A program made the translations under genes and the position numbers. The notes beneath the pieces are model-generated. The model saw nothing but the letters and a program-made list of their open reading frames with translations, ran no database searches and had not been told where the DNA came from. 64,000 nt of DNA. Origin: Eledone cirrhosa (taxonomy: Eukaryota). Position 1 is the first letter of the stretch. Each line of letters opens with the position of its first letter. Positions 28,064 through 43,570 of the stretch are shown here, one piece after another. The stretch lies in assembly GCA_964016885.1 (NCBI GenBank), contig OZ024756.1, positions 35,526,001 through 35,590,000 of the forward strand, read 5' to 3'.

Positions 28064-28729
28064 CCTCTCTCTCTCTGTTTGATTTATTGACCCTGAAGGG
28101 ATAAAAGGCAAAGTTGACCTCGGCATCATTTGAACTCTGAGCACAGAGAGCCGGTGGTGGTGGTGGTGGTGGTGGTGGCGATATATTGGTGGTGTTGGTG
28201 ATGTGTTGGTGTTGGTGTTGGTGTTGGTGGTGTGTTTGAGGTGTTTATGATGGAGATGTGTTGGTATTGGTGTTGGTGATGTTGGTGTTGGTGTTGGTGA
28301 TCTGCTGATGTTTGTGACGGTGGTGTGTTGGTGGTGTTTGTGATGGTGATGTGGTGGTGATGCAGTGGTGGTGTTTGTGGTGTTGATAGTGGTGTTGATG
28401 TTTGTGATGGTGGTGTGCTGGTGTTGGCAGTGGTGTGTTGGTGGTAGTGATAGTGGTGATGGTGTTTATGATGGTGGTGGTGATAGTGGTATGTTGATGT
28501 TGGTGGTGATATGTAGTCTTCAAAACCATCAAAGAATTCATGTAAAGTTATAAGAAAAAAAAAACGAACCAAATTGCATCCATTTTTATTCTATCAATAT
28601 TTCAATGTTGGTTTTACCTTCCCAGAGATGTTATTGCCTACAATATTATATTCTACACACCTGTTATTGTGTAAAATATTCTAGACACCTGTTATTATAT
28701 ACAATATTCTACACACCTGTTATTATCTA

Positions 28730-30818
28730 CAACACTCTACACCATATGCTACTATATATACACAACTCTACATCATCAGATATTACTCTACAATATATAC
28801 ACTACTCTACACCATATGCTACAATATATACACTACTCTACACCATATGCTACAATATATACACTACTCTACACCATATGCTACAATATATACACTACTC
28901 TACACCATATGCCACAATATATACACTACTCTACACCATATGCTACAATATATACAACACTCTACACCATATGCTACAATATATACAACACTCTACACCA
29001 TATGCTACAATATATATACACTACTCTACACCATATGCTACAATATATATACACTACTCTACACCATATGCTACTATATATATACTACTCTACACCATGA
29101 GATATTACCCTACAATATACACTACTCTACACCATATGCTACAATATATATACTACTCTACACCATCAGATATTACTCTACAATATACACTACTCTACAC
29201 CATATGCTACAATATATATACCCCTCTACACCATCAGATATTACCCTACAATATACACTACTCTACACCATATGCTACAATATATATACCCCTCTACACC
29301 ATCAGATATTACCCTACAATATACACTACTCTACACCATATGCTACAATATATATACTACTCTACAACATCAGATATTACCCTACAATATACACTACTCT
29401 ACACCATATGCTACAATATATATACTACTCTACAACATCAGATATTACCCTACAATATACACTACTCTACACCATATGCTACAATATATATACTACTCTA
29501 CAACATCAGATATTACCCTACAATATACACTACTCTACACCATATGCTACAATATATATACTACTCTACAACATCAGATATTACCCTACAATATACACTA
29601 CTCTACACCATATGCTACAATATATATACTACTCTACAACATCAGATATTACCCTACAATATACACTACTCTACACCATATGCTACAATATATATACTAC
29701 TCTACAACATCAGATATTACCCTACAATATACACTACTCTACACCATATGCTACAATATATATACCCCTCTACACCATCAGATATTACCCTACAATATAC
29801 ACTACTCTACACCATATGCTACAATATATATACTACTCTACAACATCAGATATTACCCTACAATATACACTACTCTACACCATATGCTACAATATATATA
29901 CTACTCTACAACATCAGATATTACCCTACAATATACACTACTCTACACCATATGCTACAATATATATACTACTCTACAACATCAGATATTACCCTACAAT
30001 ATACACTACTCTACACCATATGCTACAATATATATACTACTCTACAACATCAGATATTACCCTACAATATACACTACTCTACACCATATGCTACAATATA
30101 TATACCCCTCTACACCATCAGATATTACCCTACAATATACACTACTCTACACCATATGCTACAATATATATACTACTCTACAACATCAGATATTACCCTA
30201 CAATATACACTACTCTACACCATATGCTACAATATATATACTACTCTACAACATCAGATATTACCCTACAATATACACTACTCTACACCATATGCTACAA
30301 TATATATACTACTCTACAACATCAGATATTACCCTACAATATACACTACTCTACACCATATGCTACAATATATATACTACTCTACAACATCAGATATTAC
30401 CCTACAATATACACTACTCTACACCATATGCTACAATATATATACTACTCTACAACATCAGATATTACCCTACAATATACACTACTCTACACCATATGCT
30501 ACAATATATATACTACTCTACAACATCAGATATTACCCTACAATATACACTACTCTACACCATATGCTACAATATATATACTACTCTACAACATCAGATA
30601 TTACCCTACAATATACACTACTCTACACCATATGCTACAATATATATACTACTCTACAACATCAGATATTACCCTACAATATACACTACTCTACACCATA
30701 TGCTACAATATATATACCCCTCTACACCATCAGATATTACCCTACAATATACACTACTCTACACCATATGCTACAATATATATACTACTCTACAACATCA
30801 GATATTACCCTACAATAT
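28730..30818. repeat. Minisatellite: 31-33 bp monomers switching to a homogeneous 68-bp dimeric unit
   Basis: atcagatattaccctacaatatacactactctacaccatatgctacaatatatatactactctacaac, ~25 copies. Confidence 0.95.
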
Positions 30819-31356
30819 CCAATTCTATCTACATCCTTCTGTTATTCCGAAATCTCACATCTTTTACAATATTCTATAACATCATTGGTCAATTTTTCTC
30901 TTTCTATTTTCATTATATTTCTATTATATTTTATTATATTTACATTATATTTCTATTATATTTTATTATATTTCTATTATATTTCTATTATATTTCTATT
31001 ATATTTTATTATATTTACATTATATTTCTATTATATTTTATTATATTTCTATTATATTTCTATTATATTTCTATTATATTTTATATTTCTATTATATTTT
31101 ATTATATTTTATTATATTTTATTATATTTTATATTTTATTATATTTTATTATCATTCATTTATTTATTGAAAATTTCCAGAACTCAATTAAAGAGATTCT
31201 TAGTCTTTAAATAAGAAATCTTGTTACTAGTAACTGCTACCATTTTTGGTTCCCACCACAGCACTCTTCCAAGACATAGCCTGGAGCTGTCTAATCTTTA
31301 CTGTTTATATGTTTATATGAAGAATGACAATAATGGTCTCTCTTTCTCTCTTTCTT

Positions 31357-31387
<31 letters not shown>

Positions 31388-32249
31388 CTTTCTTTCTCTC
31401 TTTCTTTCTTTCTTTCTTCCAAATATTTTGTAAACACAATTTTGATAACAGTTGTTGTTCTTCTGTCATTCATTGTTGCTTGTTGTTGTTGTTGTCGTTG
31501 TTATTGTAGTTGTCATTGTTGTTGTAGCTGTGGCTGTATTTGTTGTTGCTGTTGTTGTTGTTGTTGTTGTTGTTGTGGCTGTATTTGTTGTTGTTGTTGT
31601 GGCTGTATTTGTTGTAGCTGTGGCTGTATTTGTTGTTGTTGTTGTAGCTGTGGTTGTATTTGTTGTTGTAGCTGTGCTGTATTTGTTGTTGCTGTTGTAG
31701 TTGTTGTTTTGGCTGTATTTATTATTATTGTTGTTGTTGTGGCTGTATTTGTTATTGCTGTTATTGTTGTTGCTGTTGTTGTTGTTATGGCTGTATTTGT
31801 TTGTTATTGTTTGTTATTGCTATTGTTTGCTGTTGTTATTGTTGTTGTTATTGCTATTGTTTGCTGTTGTTATTGTTGTTGTTATTGTTATTGTTTGCTG
31901 TTGTTATTGTTGTTATTGTAGTTATTGACTCATCACCAATCTATCGTCATCGATCTCCCCCCCCCCCCCCCCCACCATTATATATATGCTCTCTCTTACT
32001 AGACAGTTCTTAGCTTCACAAATATTGTCTCTGCGTATGTGTTGCTGTTCTTGAATAACTTACATCAATGGCTTTTCTCTCCCTCTCTCTCTCCCTCTCC
32101 CTCTCTCTCTATCTATCTAGCTCTATCTCTCCCTCTCTCTCTCTCTCTATCTCTCTCTATCACTCACTTTCTCTCTCTATCACTCACTTTCTCTCTCGAC
32201 ATCTCTCTTTCTCTCTCTTTACATCTCTCTCTCTCTCTCTCTTTACATC

Positions 32250-32288
<39 letters not shown>

Positions 32289-32291
32289 CTA

Positions 32292-32332
<41 letters not shown>

Positions 32333-32450
32333 CTCTCTATCACTATCTCTCTCTCTCTATCTCTCTCTACATCTTTCTCTTTACATCTCTCTCTTTCTCT
32401 CTCTCTTTACATCTCTATCTATCTATCTCTCACTCACTCTCTCTCTCTCC

Positions 32451-32498
<48 letters not shown>

Positions 32499-32658
32499 TC
32501 ACATCTCACTCTCTCTCTCTATCTATCTATCTTTCTCTCTCACTCTCTTTACACCTCTCTCTCATTGTAATTACACCTCTCTCTCCCCTTTTCTCTCTCA
32601 CTATCTCTCATCTCTCACTCCCTTTCATTCACTATCTCTCATCTCTCACTCCATTTCA

Positions 32659-32717
<59 letters not shown>

Positions 32718-32721
<4 letters not shown>

Positions 32722-33365
32722 TCCTCCCACTTTATGATGACTAATAATAATTGCATAAACCACTCCACTCCATTCCACTCAACTCGACTCTATGCTCTAC
32801 TCCACTCCACTCCCCTCCACCCACTCCACTCCACGTTTGCTCTCCTCTCAACTTATGTCACCAATGTCTGCTCTGTTTAAACTAACTACTGGCTCACCTG
32901 AATTTAGAAACACTTCCTTCATTCATAACCATACATTTGTAACCCCACCGTCTCTTACTGGGATGGGGGGGGGGGTTATCTTGATTTAGTGGATTTGGGA
33001 TTGATTTGATGGACCAAATCCTCATCATCACCACCACCATCATCGTCATCACCACTACCACCACCATCATCACTACCACCACCACTACCATCATCATCAC
33101 CATCACCACCAACACCACTATCATTGCTGCAAACATTATATATTTCCGTATTATGGTACCGTAATTCTCAGCGTCGAAGACGCTACTTTTTTCTTAAAAT
33201 AAGTCTCAAAGATCTACCATGCATCCTGGAGGCCAAAGGTTGTTTATTATTTGTATTGGCAGTATCGGTAGAGGGTCGGACGCCATGCTTTCCAGCATAG
33301 TTACGTCCCTTTACGATCTGAGTTCAAATCCCGCCGAGGTTGACTTTGCCTTTCATCCTTACGGG
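32718..33365. repeat. Local duplication, copy 1 (copy 2 at 37751-38411)
   Basis: ~650 bp near-identical, direct orientation. Confidence 0.9.
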
Positions 33366-33515
33366 GTCGATAAAATAAAGTACCAGTAATGCACTGGGTA
33401 ATTGCTGGCCTTGTGCCAAAAGTAGAAACAATTATTTGTTTTTCAAATTTTTGGTTGTCAAAATTAGGGTGTATCCTCGAGGATGAAGCGTCTTCGTCCC
33501 CAGGGTAATACGGTA
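33157..33515. mobile_element. Tc1/mariner-pogo-like MITE with a nested family-1 SINE (33255-33430, TSD attatttgt)
   Basis: Imperfect TIR taccgtaatt..cgaagacgct / agcgtcttcg..aatacggta with TA ends. Confidence 0.7.
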
Positions 33516-33909
33516 GTTAAATAATTTAAAATTATGTCTTTGTGTACATTGTATTAAAGCCTTTCTTTATTTCTATATTACATTAAAAACAATAAAAATA
33601 ACCCTGAGGTCAACTTCGATTTGACAGACATTCAGCAGTAATGGACAGATCTGCTTTCTATTAGTCCAGGAAATTAAAGGTTTTACTCTATAATAAAATT
33701 TAGATTTCTTTTTGACAAAACTTGGAACCAGCAATTTTGTTGCTGAATTGTACAAAAAAAAAAAAAATCTTCTCCATCAGTAATTCATGATGTGAAGTAA
33801 ATGTCCCATGAGGTGGGGTTGGGAGTTTATTTGAATATTTGGGAAGTTTATGAGGGAGAAATTTTAATATTTGGAGCAGCAGGACAATTTGAATATTTTG
33901 AAGGTCAAT

Positions 33910-34138
33910 TTAACCCTTTAGCGTTTAAACCGGCCATATCTGGCCAGAATTCTTTCACCTCTTTCTGTTCAAACTGGCAATAACTGGCTGCTCATACTGG
34001 TGTTAAGGTATTGTTCTCAAAATAAATAATAACAAAATCTCATAGATTCGATATTATGTGAGATAATTATGTAAGGTAAAGCCTTTACCATTAAAATACA
34101 ATAGTATATATAGAGTAATGTAAATGGTAAAGGGGTAA
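33910..34138. mobile_element. piggyBac-like MITE (~228 bp)
   Basis: TTAA-cccttta...taaagggg; body matches the family. Confidence 0.8.
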
Positions 34139-34411
34139 ATATTGGCTGACATTCCCCTTCTATTTATTCATGCTGTCAGTCATGTTTGCTTTGAAAGAAC
34201 AGAGGCCATTGTTAAGAGTTGAGAATATTCTTTAGCCTTGCAGTAGACAAGGTTGCCTCTCTACTGTTGGCATCACATTAAAATACACCCAGTATGCTCT
34301 GTAAAGTAGTTGTCATTCAAGCAAACACAATGTATTGTAGAGAGAATTCTTTAGTCATATCAAGGATATAAGAACTTCTCTGGTGATATTTCTATGATAA
34401 AATACACCCAG

Positions 34412-34640
34412 TTAACCCTTTAGCATTTAAACCAGCCATATCTGGCCAGAAGTCTCTCACCTCATTCTGTCCAAACCAGCTGTAACTGGCCACTCATACT
34501 TGCGTTGAGGTATTGTTCTCAAAATAATTAACATCAAAATCTCATAGATTCAATATTATGTGAGATAATTATGTAAGATAAAGCTTTTACCACAAAAATA
34601 CAATAGTATGTATAGAGTAATGTAAATGCTAAAGGGTTAA
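34412..34640. mobile_element. piggyBac-like MITE, intact TTAA on both sides
   Basis: TTAA ccctttagcattt ... aaatgctaaaggg TTAA. Confidence 0.88.
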
Positions 34641-34936
34641 GTGACTGGTGTTTTAAAAGGTAATCCAGCTATAGAAACCCTGCCAAAAAAATGGATTGTT
34701 CATGCAAGATGTGGTTCCCTGGCCTGTCTAGGAGGGCAGTAATTCCAAATAAGGACTGACTTGGAACTCTGACCATGACAAAACATCCAGTATGTCAGCA
34801 TGGAAAGGAGTTTATGATTTTTACTTGTTGCATCTTCTACAAGAACTTAATCTAAGACGTGATAAATTGCCAGAGAATAATATTACCATTTTAGAAACGC
34901 TGGAAAAATATTCCCTTCCTTTATATAGATATATAT

Positions 34937-35160
34937 GTAAAAGGTAAACAGAAATAACAACACAATCAGTACAGTATATAGAAGGAATATATTAGGTTAA
35001 CGCTTGAAATAGCAGAAAGAGAGTCTTAACGTTTCGGACGCTAGTCCTTCATCAGAAGAAAGAATCAGAAATAAGATAGATTGAAGGGACGGGTGAGGTG
35101 GAATTGGAAAAAATGTCTTTAGATAAAAATAACAGGTCCATTCATGTTGACATCTCTTGG
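34937..35160 (-). mobile_element. Hammerhead-bearing mini-element (ribozyme at 35024-35059)
   Basis: Reverse complement: tctt CTGATGA a ggac tagc gtcc GAAA cg TT aaga; decayed copy at 41431-41649. Confidence 0.8.
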
Positions 35161-35162
35161 AA

Positions 35163-35240
<78 letters not shown>

Positions 35241-35291
35241 TCATCGTCATCATCATCATCATTTTATATCCTCTTTTCTTTGCTTGCAAGG

Positions 35292-35398
<107 letters not shown>

Positions 35399-36899
35399 CA
35401 CGCATACCCACTCACACACATACACACATGTATATATTCTATATTTTGTATTCAAAACACTTTTAGCCTTCAGAGTCATTCATGGCTGTTCACATCCAAC
35501 ATATGACTGTTTATTTTTAGTTTATTTTTTAGTTTATTTTTTAGTCTTTCATATTCTTTTATTTATTCATTTATCATCATCCCCCCTCCCCTCCACCTTT
35601 TCTCTCTTCATCCATTAGTTTTTTTAGTTTTTTTACGAATAATTTGAAAAGCTCAATTAAATCCACCTATTTATTTTATTAACATAAAATCTCAATATGT
35701 TTCTGTCAGGGGGATTTTTTTATGGGGGTGTATGGGGTGGTGGTGGAGAAGGGGACAGCGGCAGCTGGGGGGGGGTCCTTTTGGGGGGTTTAATATCTTT
35801 GCTATATTATATTATATTATATATTATATATTTTTTTTACTTAATATCTTTGCTGCATTTTTTCTAAATATATATGTATATATATATATTTTTTTTTGGG
35901 GGGGGGGAGGGGGTTGTATGTTAATATTTTTCCCCTCACCCTCCCCAAAGCTTCGGTCAAATCAGTATTGAAGTTATATCAAGGACACAGCATGAATGGG
36001 GGTGAAGGATGGAGAGGTGGCAATATTTTTCTGTGTGAAATTCCATTAGAAATTTCTGCCATTATCGTAATTTTCACGATACAAATAATAAAAATATTGT
36101 CAACATTTTGGATGGCTTTTATATTAATATATTTTTTAATATTTCATATTAAAATATTTTATATTATTTTATATTAATTTATATAATATTATATTATTTT
36201 ATATTAATATATATTATACTATTTTATATTAATTTATATTAATATATTTTATATTAATTTATATTATATTAATTTATTTTTATTTTGTTTTATTTTATTT
36301 TATTTTATTTAAAACTTTTTTTAATTCAAAAATATTTTTTTAATTATTTTAAATTATTTATTTTATATTTTAATCTTTATATTGTGTGTGCTATTTCTAT
36401 CTTCATCTATAATTACAAGTTCTCTCTTCTTTTTGAAGTCAGATTTTCTTTTGGAATTTGGGAGGAAACTGGGTGGGGGCGGCGGGTATTTTTCAAAATT
36501 TTTCCCTCTTACATTCCGTCCTTTTTTCTTTCTTCTTCCTTGATCATGATACGCACATACGCATGCACGTACGCACATACACACACACACAAACATACAT
36601 ATGTCTGCTTTCCCTGCTAGCAAGGGTTGGACAGGTCTACACAGACCAAGTCATTACTGAAAGCAGTGGTCCCTGATCTCCCATACTGTATGTGGTTTAG
36701 TGAAGTACTGGTGGCGGTACTAATATGAGCACTCCATGCACAAACAAAGTAGATATAATCAGAAAAACAATGAAGTTTCCTTTATATGCATCCATGTTTT
36801 TATTGTCTATCGACCTGTTATGCACATTTCACAGATGATTGGTTCAAGGTCACAAATGGAAATATCGACCTGCTCATCAGACTGGTAACAATATAGATT

Positions 36900-36930
<31 letters not shown>

Positions 36931-37400
36931 ATATTATATATATATTATATATATATTATATATATATATATTTTATATATATATATATATAATATATATA
37001 TATTTTATATATATATATAATATATATTATATATATATATATATAATATATTATATATATATATATATAATATATATTATATATATATTATATATATATA
37101 TATTTTATATATATATATAATATATATATATATTTTATATATATATATAATATATATTATATATATATATATATAATATATTATATATATATATATATAT
37201 ATAAATATAATTTCAGCGAGATTGAATTTCGGCTGTGGTCGAAAACAAAGCGAAACGCAATATCCGAGTTATGCTGGCAAGCGCTCCATCGACCAAATAA
37301 AGACCAGAGCAATAAACATAGGTTATAAAGACCAAACAAACTGATATATATATATATATATATATAATAGGCGATCGACAAGATCCCAGACTTCATTCAC

Positions 37401-37625
37401 TTAACCCTTTACCATTCAAACCGGCTGTATCTGGCCGTATCTCACTTCTTTCTGTTCAAACCGGCTGTAACTGGCTGCAAACACGTACATTAAGGAATTG
37501 TTTTCAAAATAAATAACATCAAAATCTCATAGATTCGATTTTATGTGAGATAATTATGTAAGATAAAGCCTTTACTGTGAAAATACAATAGTATATATAG
37601 AGCAATGTAAATGGTAAAGGGTTAA
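37401..37625. mobile_element. piggyBac-like MITE, intact TTAA on both sides
   Basis: TTAA ccctttaccatt ... aatggtaaaggg TTAA. Confidence 0.88.
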
Positions 37626-37698
37626 TGAGTAGGTTGGAGTTTGTCAAATCGAACCAAGAAAACAATGTTTCCACTGGTCTTTCCAATTGTTAATACTT

Positions 37699-37732
<34 letters not shown>

Positions 37733-37750
37733 TCTCTCTCTCTCTCTCTC

Positions 37751-38411
37751 TCCTTCCTCCCACTTTATGATGACTAATAATAATTGCATAAACCACTCCA
37801 CTCCACTCCATTCCACTCAACTCGACTCTATGCTCTACTCCACTCCACTCCCCTCCACTCCACTCCACCCACTCCACTCCACGTTTGCTCTCCTCTCAAC
37901 TTATGTCACCAATGTCTGCTCTGTTTAAACTAACTACTGGCTCACCTGAATTTAGAAACACTTCCTTCATTCATAACCATACATTTGTAACCCCACCGTC
38001 TCTTACTGGGATGGGGGGGGGGGGTTATCTTGATTTAGTGGATTTGGGATTGATTTGATGGACCAAATCCTCATCATCACCACTACCACCACCATCATCA
38101 CTACCACCACCACTACCATCATCATCACCATCATCACCATCACCACCATCACCACCAACACCACTATCATTGCTGCAAACATTATATATCTCCCTATTAT
38201 GGTACCGTAATTCTCGGCGTCGAAGACGCTACTTTTTTCTTAAAATAAGTCTCAAAGATCTACCATGCATCCTGGAGGCCAAAGGTTGTTTATTATTTGT
38301 ATTGGCAGTATCGGTAGAGGGTCGGACGCCATGCTTTCCAGCATAGTTACGTCCCTTTACGATCTGAGTTCAAATCCCGCCGAGGTTGACTTTGCCTTTC
38401 ATCCTTACGGG
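37751..38411. repeat. Local duplication, copy 2 (truncated within the SINE)
   Basis: Matches 32718-33365. Confidence 0.9.
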
Positions 38412-38414
38412 ATG

Positions 38415-38473
<59 letters not shown>

Positions 38474-38834
38474 ATCATGCTAGCGTGGAAAAAGGGTGTT
38501 AAACGATGATGATGATGATGATATATGTGTGTGTGTGTGTATACATACGCACATATATATATATTACAACATATATTACAACAGTAATATTATCATAACA
38601 ACAACATAAACAACAACAACAACTGTAAAACCATTATAACAACAATGTTAACAACAACAACAACAACATTGTCATAACAACAACATTGTCATAACAACAT
38701 TATCATCAATAACATCAACAACAATGATCATATATATATATATATATATACAATATATACATACAATATATACATACAATATATATATACATACAATATA
38801 TATATATACAATATGTATATATAAATGTATATAT

Positions 38835-39240
38835 ACAATATACTAATAAATGAAACTATATTTATAAAACCATATTTATTTTATATATATTTCATTATAT
38901 ATATTTTATATATATTTTATTATATATATTTTATATATATTTTATTATATATATTTCAAGGGCAACCAAGGCAAATTATGGTGCGCTTTCATCAGATAAA
39001 ATACAGATTTGTTTTATAAATAAATATTGACATACCCGGAAAAAAGACAACCTTAACGGTTGGAGCTTCCTGGTTGCCCTTGAAAAATATATAATAAAAT
39101 AAATATGCTTTTATAAATATAGTTTCCATTTATTAATATATTGTGTATTTACTCCACTTACTTGTTGAGTGCTTTATATCAGTTATAAAAACGTTTAAGC
39201 TTGTTGAATCCCAACAAATTAAATATAATCTCTGCATAAA
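38835..39240. mobile_element. Inverted pair of family F hammerhead elements (intact minus-strand ribozyme 38940-39001)
   Basis: Reverse complement: ttttat CTGATGA aagcgcacca..tggttgccctt GAAA tatata TA ataaaa; plus arm 39071-39240 carries the tail. Confidence 0.75.
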
Positions 39241-40767
39241 TGTAAGTATAATATATATATACAATATAGACATATATATATTTGTATGTATGTATATGTA
39301 TGTATGTATGTGTGTGTGTTGGTTCTGTGTGTACACAAGTGTATTTCGAGGGATTTTTTTAATAGTAATAACACAACAAAAAAGTTTATTAAAAAATAGA
39401 TTAAAAATTAATAATTTATGTTTTTATAATAATTTATGTTATTTTTTTTAAAATTGTATTTTAAAAAAATAATTTGGATATTAATTCCATCTAATTCTAA
39501 TTTATTGATATTAATCCTTACTATCAACACCACCATCATCATCATCACTACCAGCAACAACAGCAACACTATCATCAACACCACCACCACCACCACACCA
39601 TCATCATCATTACCAGCAGCAACAACACTAACACCACCACCACAGCTATCATCACCACCACAACTACTACCCCCCAGGCCATTACACAGTGGTGGTCATG
39701 GTTATGGACTGGCGGTGACAGAAGTGTAAAGTTAGTGTTATTCTTGGCAGTGATCCAGTGGTTGTTGTCATCAACAGCTGATTATTACCTCACACCACCA
39801 CCACCACCACCACACACCACCACCACACCACCACCGTTGTCCTGGTTTTCCTCACACCACCACCATCACCACACCACCACCACCACCACACCACCACCAC
39901 CACCACCACCACCACACCACCACAAAATGTCCACCTATACACAAACTAACAAGCCCCCCCCCCCTCCATATAGACTCTCACACAAACATTGTCTGGGAGG
40001 ATAATGTTCCTTACTACCATTCATCCCCCACCACACACCTCCCACAACACATCTCCCACAACATATCCCCCACCACACACATGTGTACGCACACACATAC
40101 ACACACACACAGCAGCCATTTTGAAAACAACGATAATTTGGTGCCACCAGCTTATAATTAATCCTTTTTCATTATTGCAACAAATCTCACCCCACACCTC
40201 TCCCTGAACTCCCTTAAAACCACACCATAAAACATATCCACAGGTACAATTACCAATACCACCACCAAGACTAAACACCACCACTACCAACACCATCACC
40301 ACCACCACCACCAAGACCAAACACCACCATTATCAACACCATCACCACCACCAAGACCAAACACCACCATTACCAACACCAACACCACCAACATCACCAC
40401 CACCAAGACCGAATACCACCATTAGCAACACCAACACCACCACCACCACCACCAAGACCGAACACCACCATTATCAACACCAACACCACCACCATGACCG
40501 AATACCATCACCACCACCACCACCAAGACCAAACACCACCATTACCAACACCACCATTATCACCACCAACATCACCACCACCAAGACCAAACACCACCAT
40601 TACCAACACCAACACCATCACCATGACCGAATACCATCACCACCTCCACCAAGACCGAACACCCACCACAACCAACACCACCACCACCACAACCGACCAT
40701 CACAACCATCACCACCATCTACAACCACCCATAGTCAATCATAGTCATTTATTGTGACTATATCAAC

Positions 40768-41245
40768 AGACAGTGTGTAGATGTTGACTGGGTATATAGA
40801 TATATATACACAGTGTGTAGACGTTGACTGGGTATATAGATATATATACACAGTGTGTAGATGTTAACTGGGTATATAGAGACAGTGTGTAGATGTTGAC
40901 TGGGTATATAGATACAGTGTGTAGATGTTGATTGTATATATAGATACAGTGTCTAGATGTTGACTGTATATATAGATATATATAGATAGTGTGTAGATGT
41001 TGACTGGGTATATAGATATATATACACAGTGTGTAGATGTTGACTGGGTATATAGATATATATACACAGTGTGTAGATGTTAACTGGGTATATAGAGACA
41101 GTGTGTAGATGTTGACTGTATATATAGATACAGTGTGTAGATGTTGATTGTATATATAGATATATATAGACAGTGTGTAAATGTTGACTGGGTATATATA
41201 TATATATAGATACAGTGTGTAGATGTTGACTGAGTATATAGACAC
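40768..41245. repeat. 30-40 bp minisatellite (acagtgtgtagatgttgactgggtatatagat(at)n)
   Basis: Direct tandem repeats. Confidence 0.9.
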
Positions 41246-41430
41246 GGTAACCAGCATAAATATATATCTATATATCCCCTATTATCTGACATAATTTATT
41301 ATCTGCCGTCTCTCATTGCTATGATTTATAAAGAGCTTCGTCTCTCTTCCTTGAGCTCCTTTGATCATAGGGGACTATGGTAAGTTTCCTACTCTATATT
41401 CTACTTTGATATATATATATATATATATAT

Positions 41431-41649
41431 GTAAAAGGTAAACAGAAATAACACAATCGGTACAGTATATGGAAGGGATATATTAGGTTAACGCTTGATA
41501 TAGTAGGAAGAGGGTCCTAACGTTTTGGACACTAGTCTTTCATCTGAAGAAAGAATGAGAAATAAGATAGATTGATGGGACGGGTGGGTTGGAATTGGAA
41601 AAGATGTCTTTAGATAAAAATAACAGGTCCATTCCCGTTGACATCTCTT
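41431..41649 (-). mobile_element. Decayed copy of the 34937-35160 element
   Basis: Colinear; core mutated to CAGATGA/AAAA. Confidence 0.8.
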
Positions 41650-41951
41650 ATCTTGGGTTAGACAAGTTGTCCTGTTGTGGGCAATGTTGGGTCAGGTGAC
41701 CATGCCTTGCTCATACAAAACTGATATATATGTATATAGTATATATATGCATAGTGTATGTGTATGTATATTTAGGGTAGTTATCGATGATGAATAGACT
41801 GGTTGGAGCAATAATGATCTTATTTATGTGTGTATATATATATTATCTAATAGGAATTTACATCGATATTCAATAATTTTGACTCTGTTATGATATATAC
41901 AGATCCATATCAGACAGACAGACAGATAGATAGTTAGATAGATAGATAGAC

Positions 41952-41991
<40 letters not shown>

Positions 41992-43301
41992 TTCTTTATT
42001 TGCCACAAGGGCGTAGAAAAATGGAACATTACAAGACGTGATGGTGGGGGTTTTACATAAAATCTTTAACAATGTCAGTAGACTTATGTAAATGTCATAT
42101 TTAATCATTGTTCCACAATTTTTATTACCAATCTTCCTACAAAACATTGTAAATATTTCTGCATTCTTCAAAATTCCAAACCATATTTGGTGGTGGTGGT
42201 TGTAAGGGGTCGTGGTTGTGGTTGTGGTTGTGGTGGTGGTGGTGGCGGTGGTTGTGGTGGTTGTGGTGGTGTCTGGTGGTATGTATTGGAAATGGTGGTG
42301 ATGGTTGTGATGGAGGTTGCGGTGAAGGTGGTTGTGGTGGTGGAGGTGGTGGTGGTGGTGGTATGTGGTGGTGGTGGTGGTGGTGCTGGTGGTGGTGGTG
42401 GTGGTTGTGGTGGTATGTGGTGGTGGTGGTGGTGCTGGTGGTGGTGGTGGTGGTGGTTGTGGTGGTATGTGGATGTGGTGATAGTTGTGATGGAGGTTGT
42501 GGTGAAGGTGGTTGTGGTGAAGATGGTGGTGGTGGTGGTATGTGGAGGTGGTGATAGTTAGTTGTGATGGTGATTGTGGGGAAGGTGGTGGTGGTGGTGG
42601 TGGTGGTTGTGGTGGTGATGGTATGTGGTGGTGGCTGTGGTGGAGAGTAAGATGACAATTTAATATAATGTTTTATATTTCATACACATACACACACAAT
42701 TTTATATTACATGTGTTTCATTGTAATTTGGCTCTAAACCATTGATAACTGCATAATACTTATGTATATAATGGTAGGGACTTATGTATATAATGGAAGG
42801 GTTTGATTCTGAAACTATGGACTCTTCAAATGAATATAGACATTGACAGTGAAACACTCTGTTGCTTTTAGAAGAAAAAACATTACCTTTCTATATGAGG
42901 TATTTAATGACCCTATATAGTAAAGGTAACAAATGCAGCGTTGTAGTGATAGATTCACCAAGGTAATGCTTTCAGGGCTTAAGTTTTTGTGGTAGGCACC
43001 GGTCGCATAAGGTATCTTCAAAGAATGTACACAGGCTACAGAGTCATTAAAATATGTGTTTTTTGAACAATGAAAATAAAACAAAAGTCAGGTGTAGGTT
43101 GTTAATAGCATTTCATTGTTTTACAATCCTTTCAAAAGGCTGATTGATCACTGTAAATCGAATGATCAAACACCAGGTAGTGGAGTAGTGGTTACGTCAC
43201 TTCCTATTTTAGTGCCGATATTCAAGATGGTAAAACAATGAAGAAGTACTCTTAACAACCAACATATAACTTCTATTTTATTTTCATTTTTCAAAATACA
43301 C

Positions 43302-43387
<86 letters not shown>

Positions 43388-43396
43388 TATATATAT

Positions 43397-43570
43397 GAAA
43401 AGATTCAGGACCCTGACGGCTGAGCTCCGGCATTTTGATAGCTGTCAGATCTAGCTGTTGAAACGGCCAGAGCTCAGCCGTCAGGGTCCTGAATGTTTCC
43501 ATATTACCCACTCTACTACCCCAAGTTTTGAGTACTTTGGTGGATTATGGTCTAGCTGGTTTTTACCACA
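43397..43570 (+). mobile_element. Diverged family H fold-back element
   Basis: attcaggaccctgacggctgagctc / gagctcagccgtcagggtcctgaat, plus the family H tail. Confidence 0.75.

Noticed and set aside
26795-28090. 431-aa His/Thr/Pro ORF
   Set aside because: Pentamer repeat open in multiple frames
28605-31214. 869/787/535-aa ORFs
   Set aside because: Produced by a 68-bp (non-triplet) satellite open in all three frames
42815-43084. 89-aa ORF in unique sequence
   Set aside because: No recognisable motif or splice support
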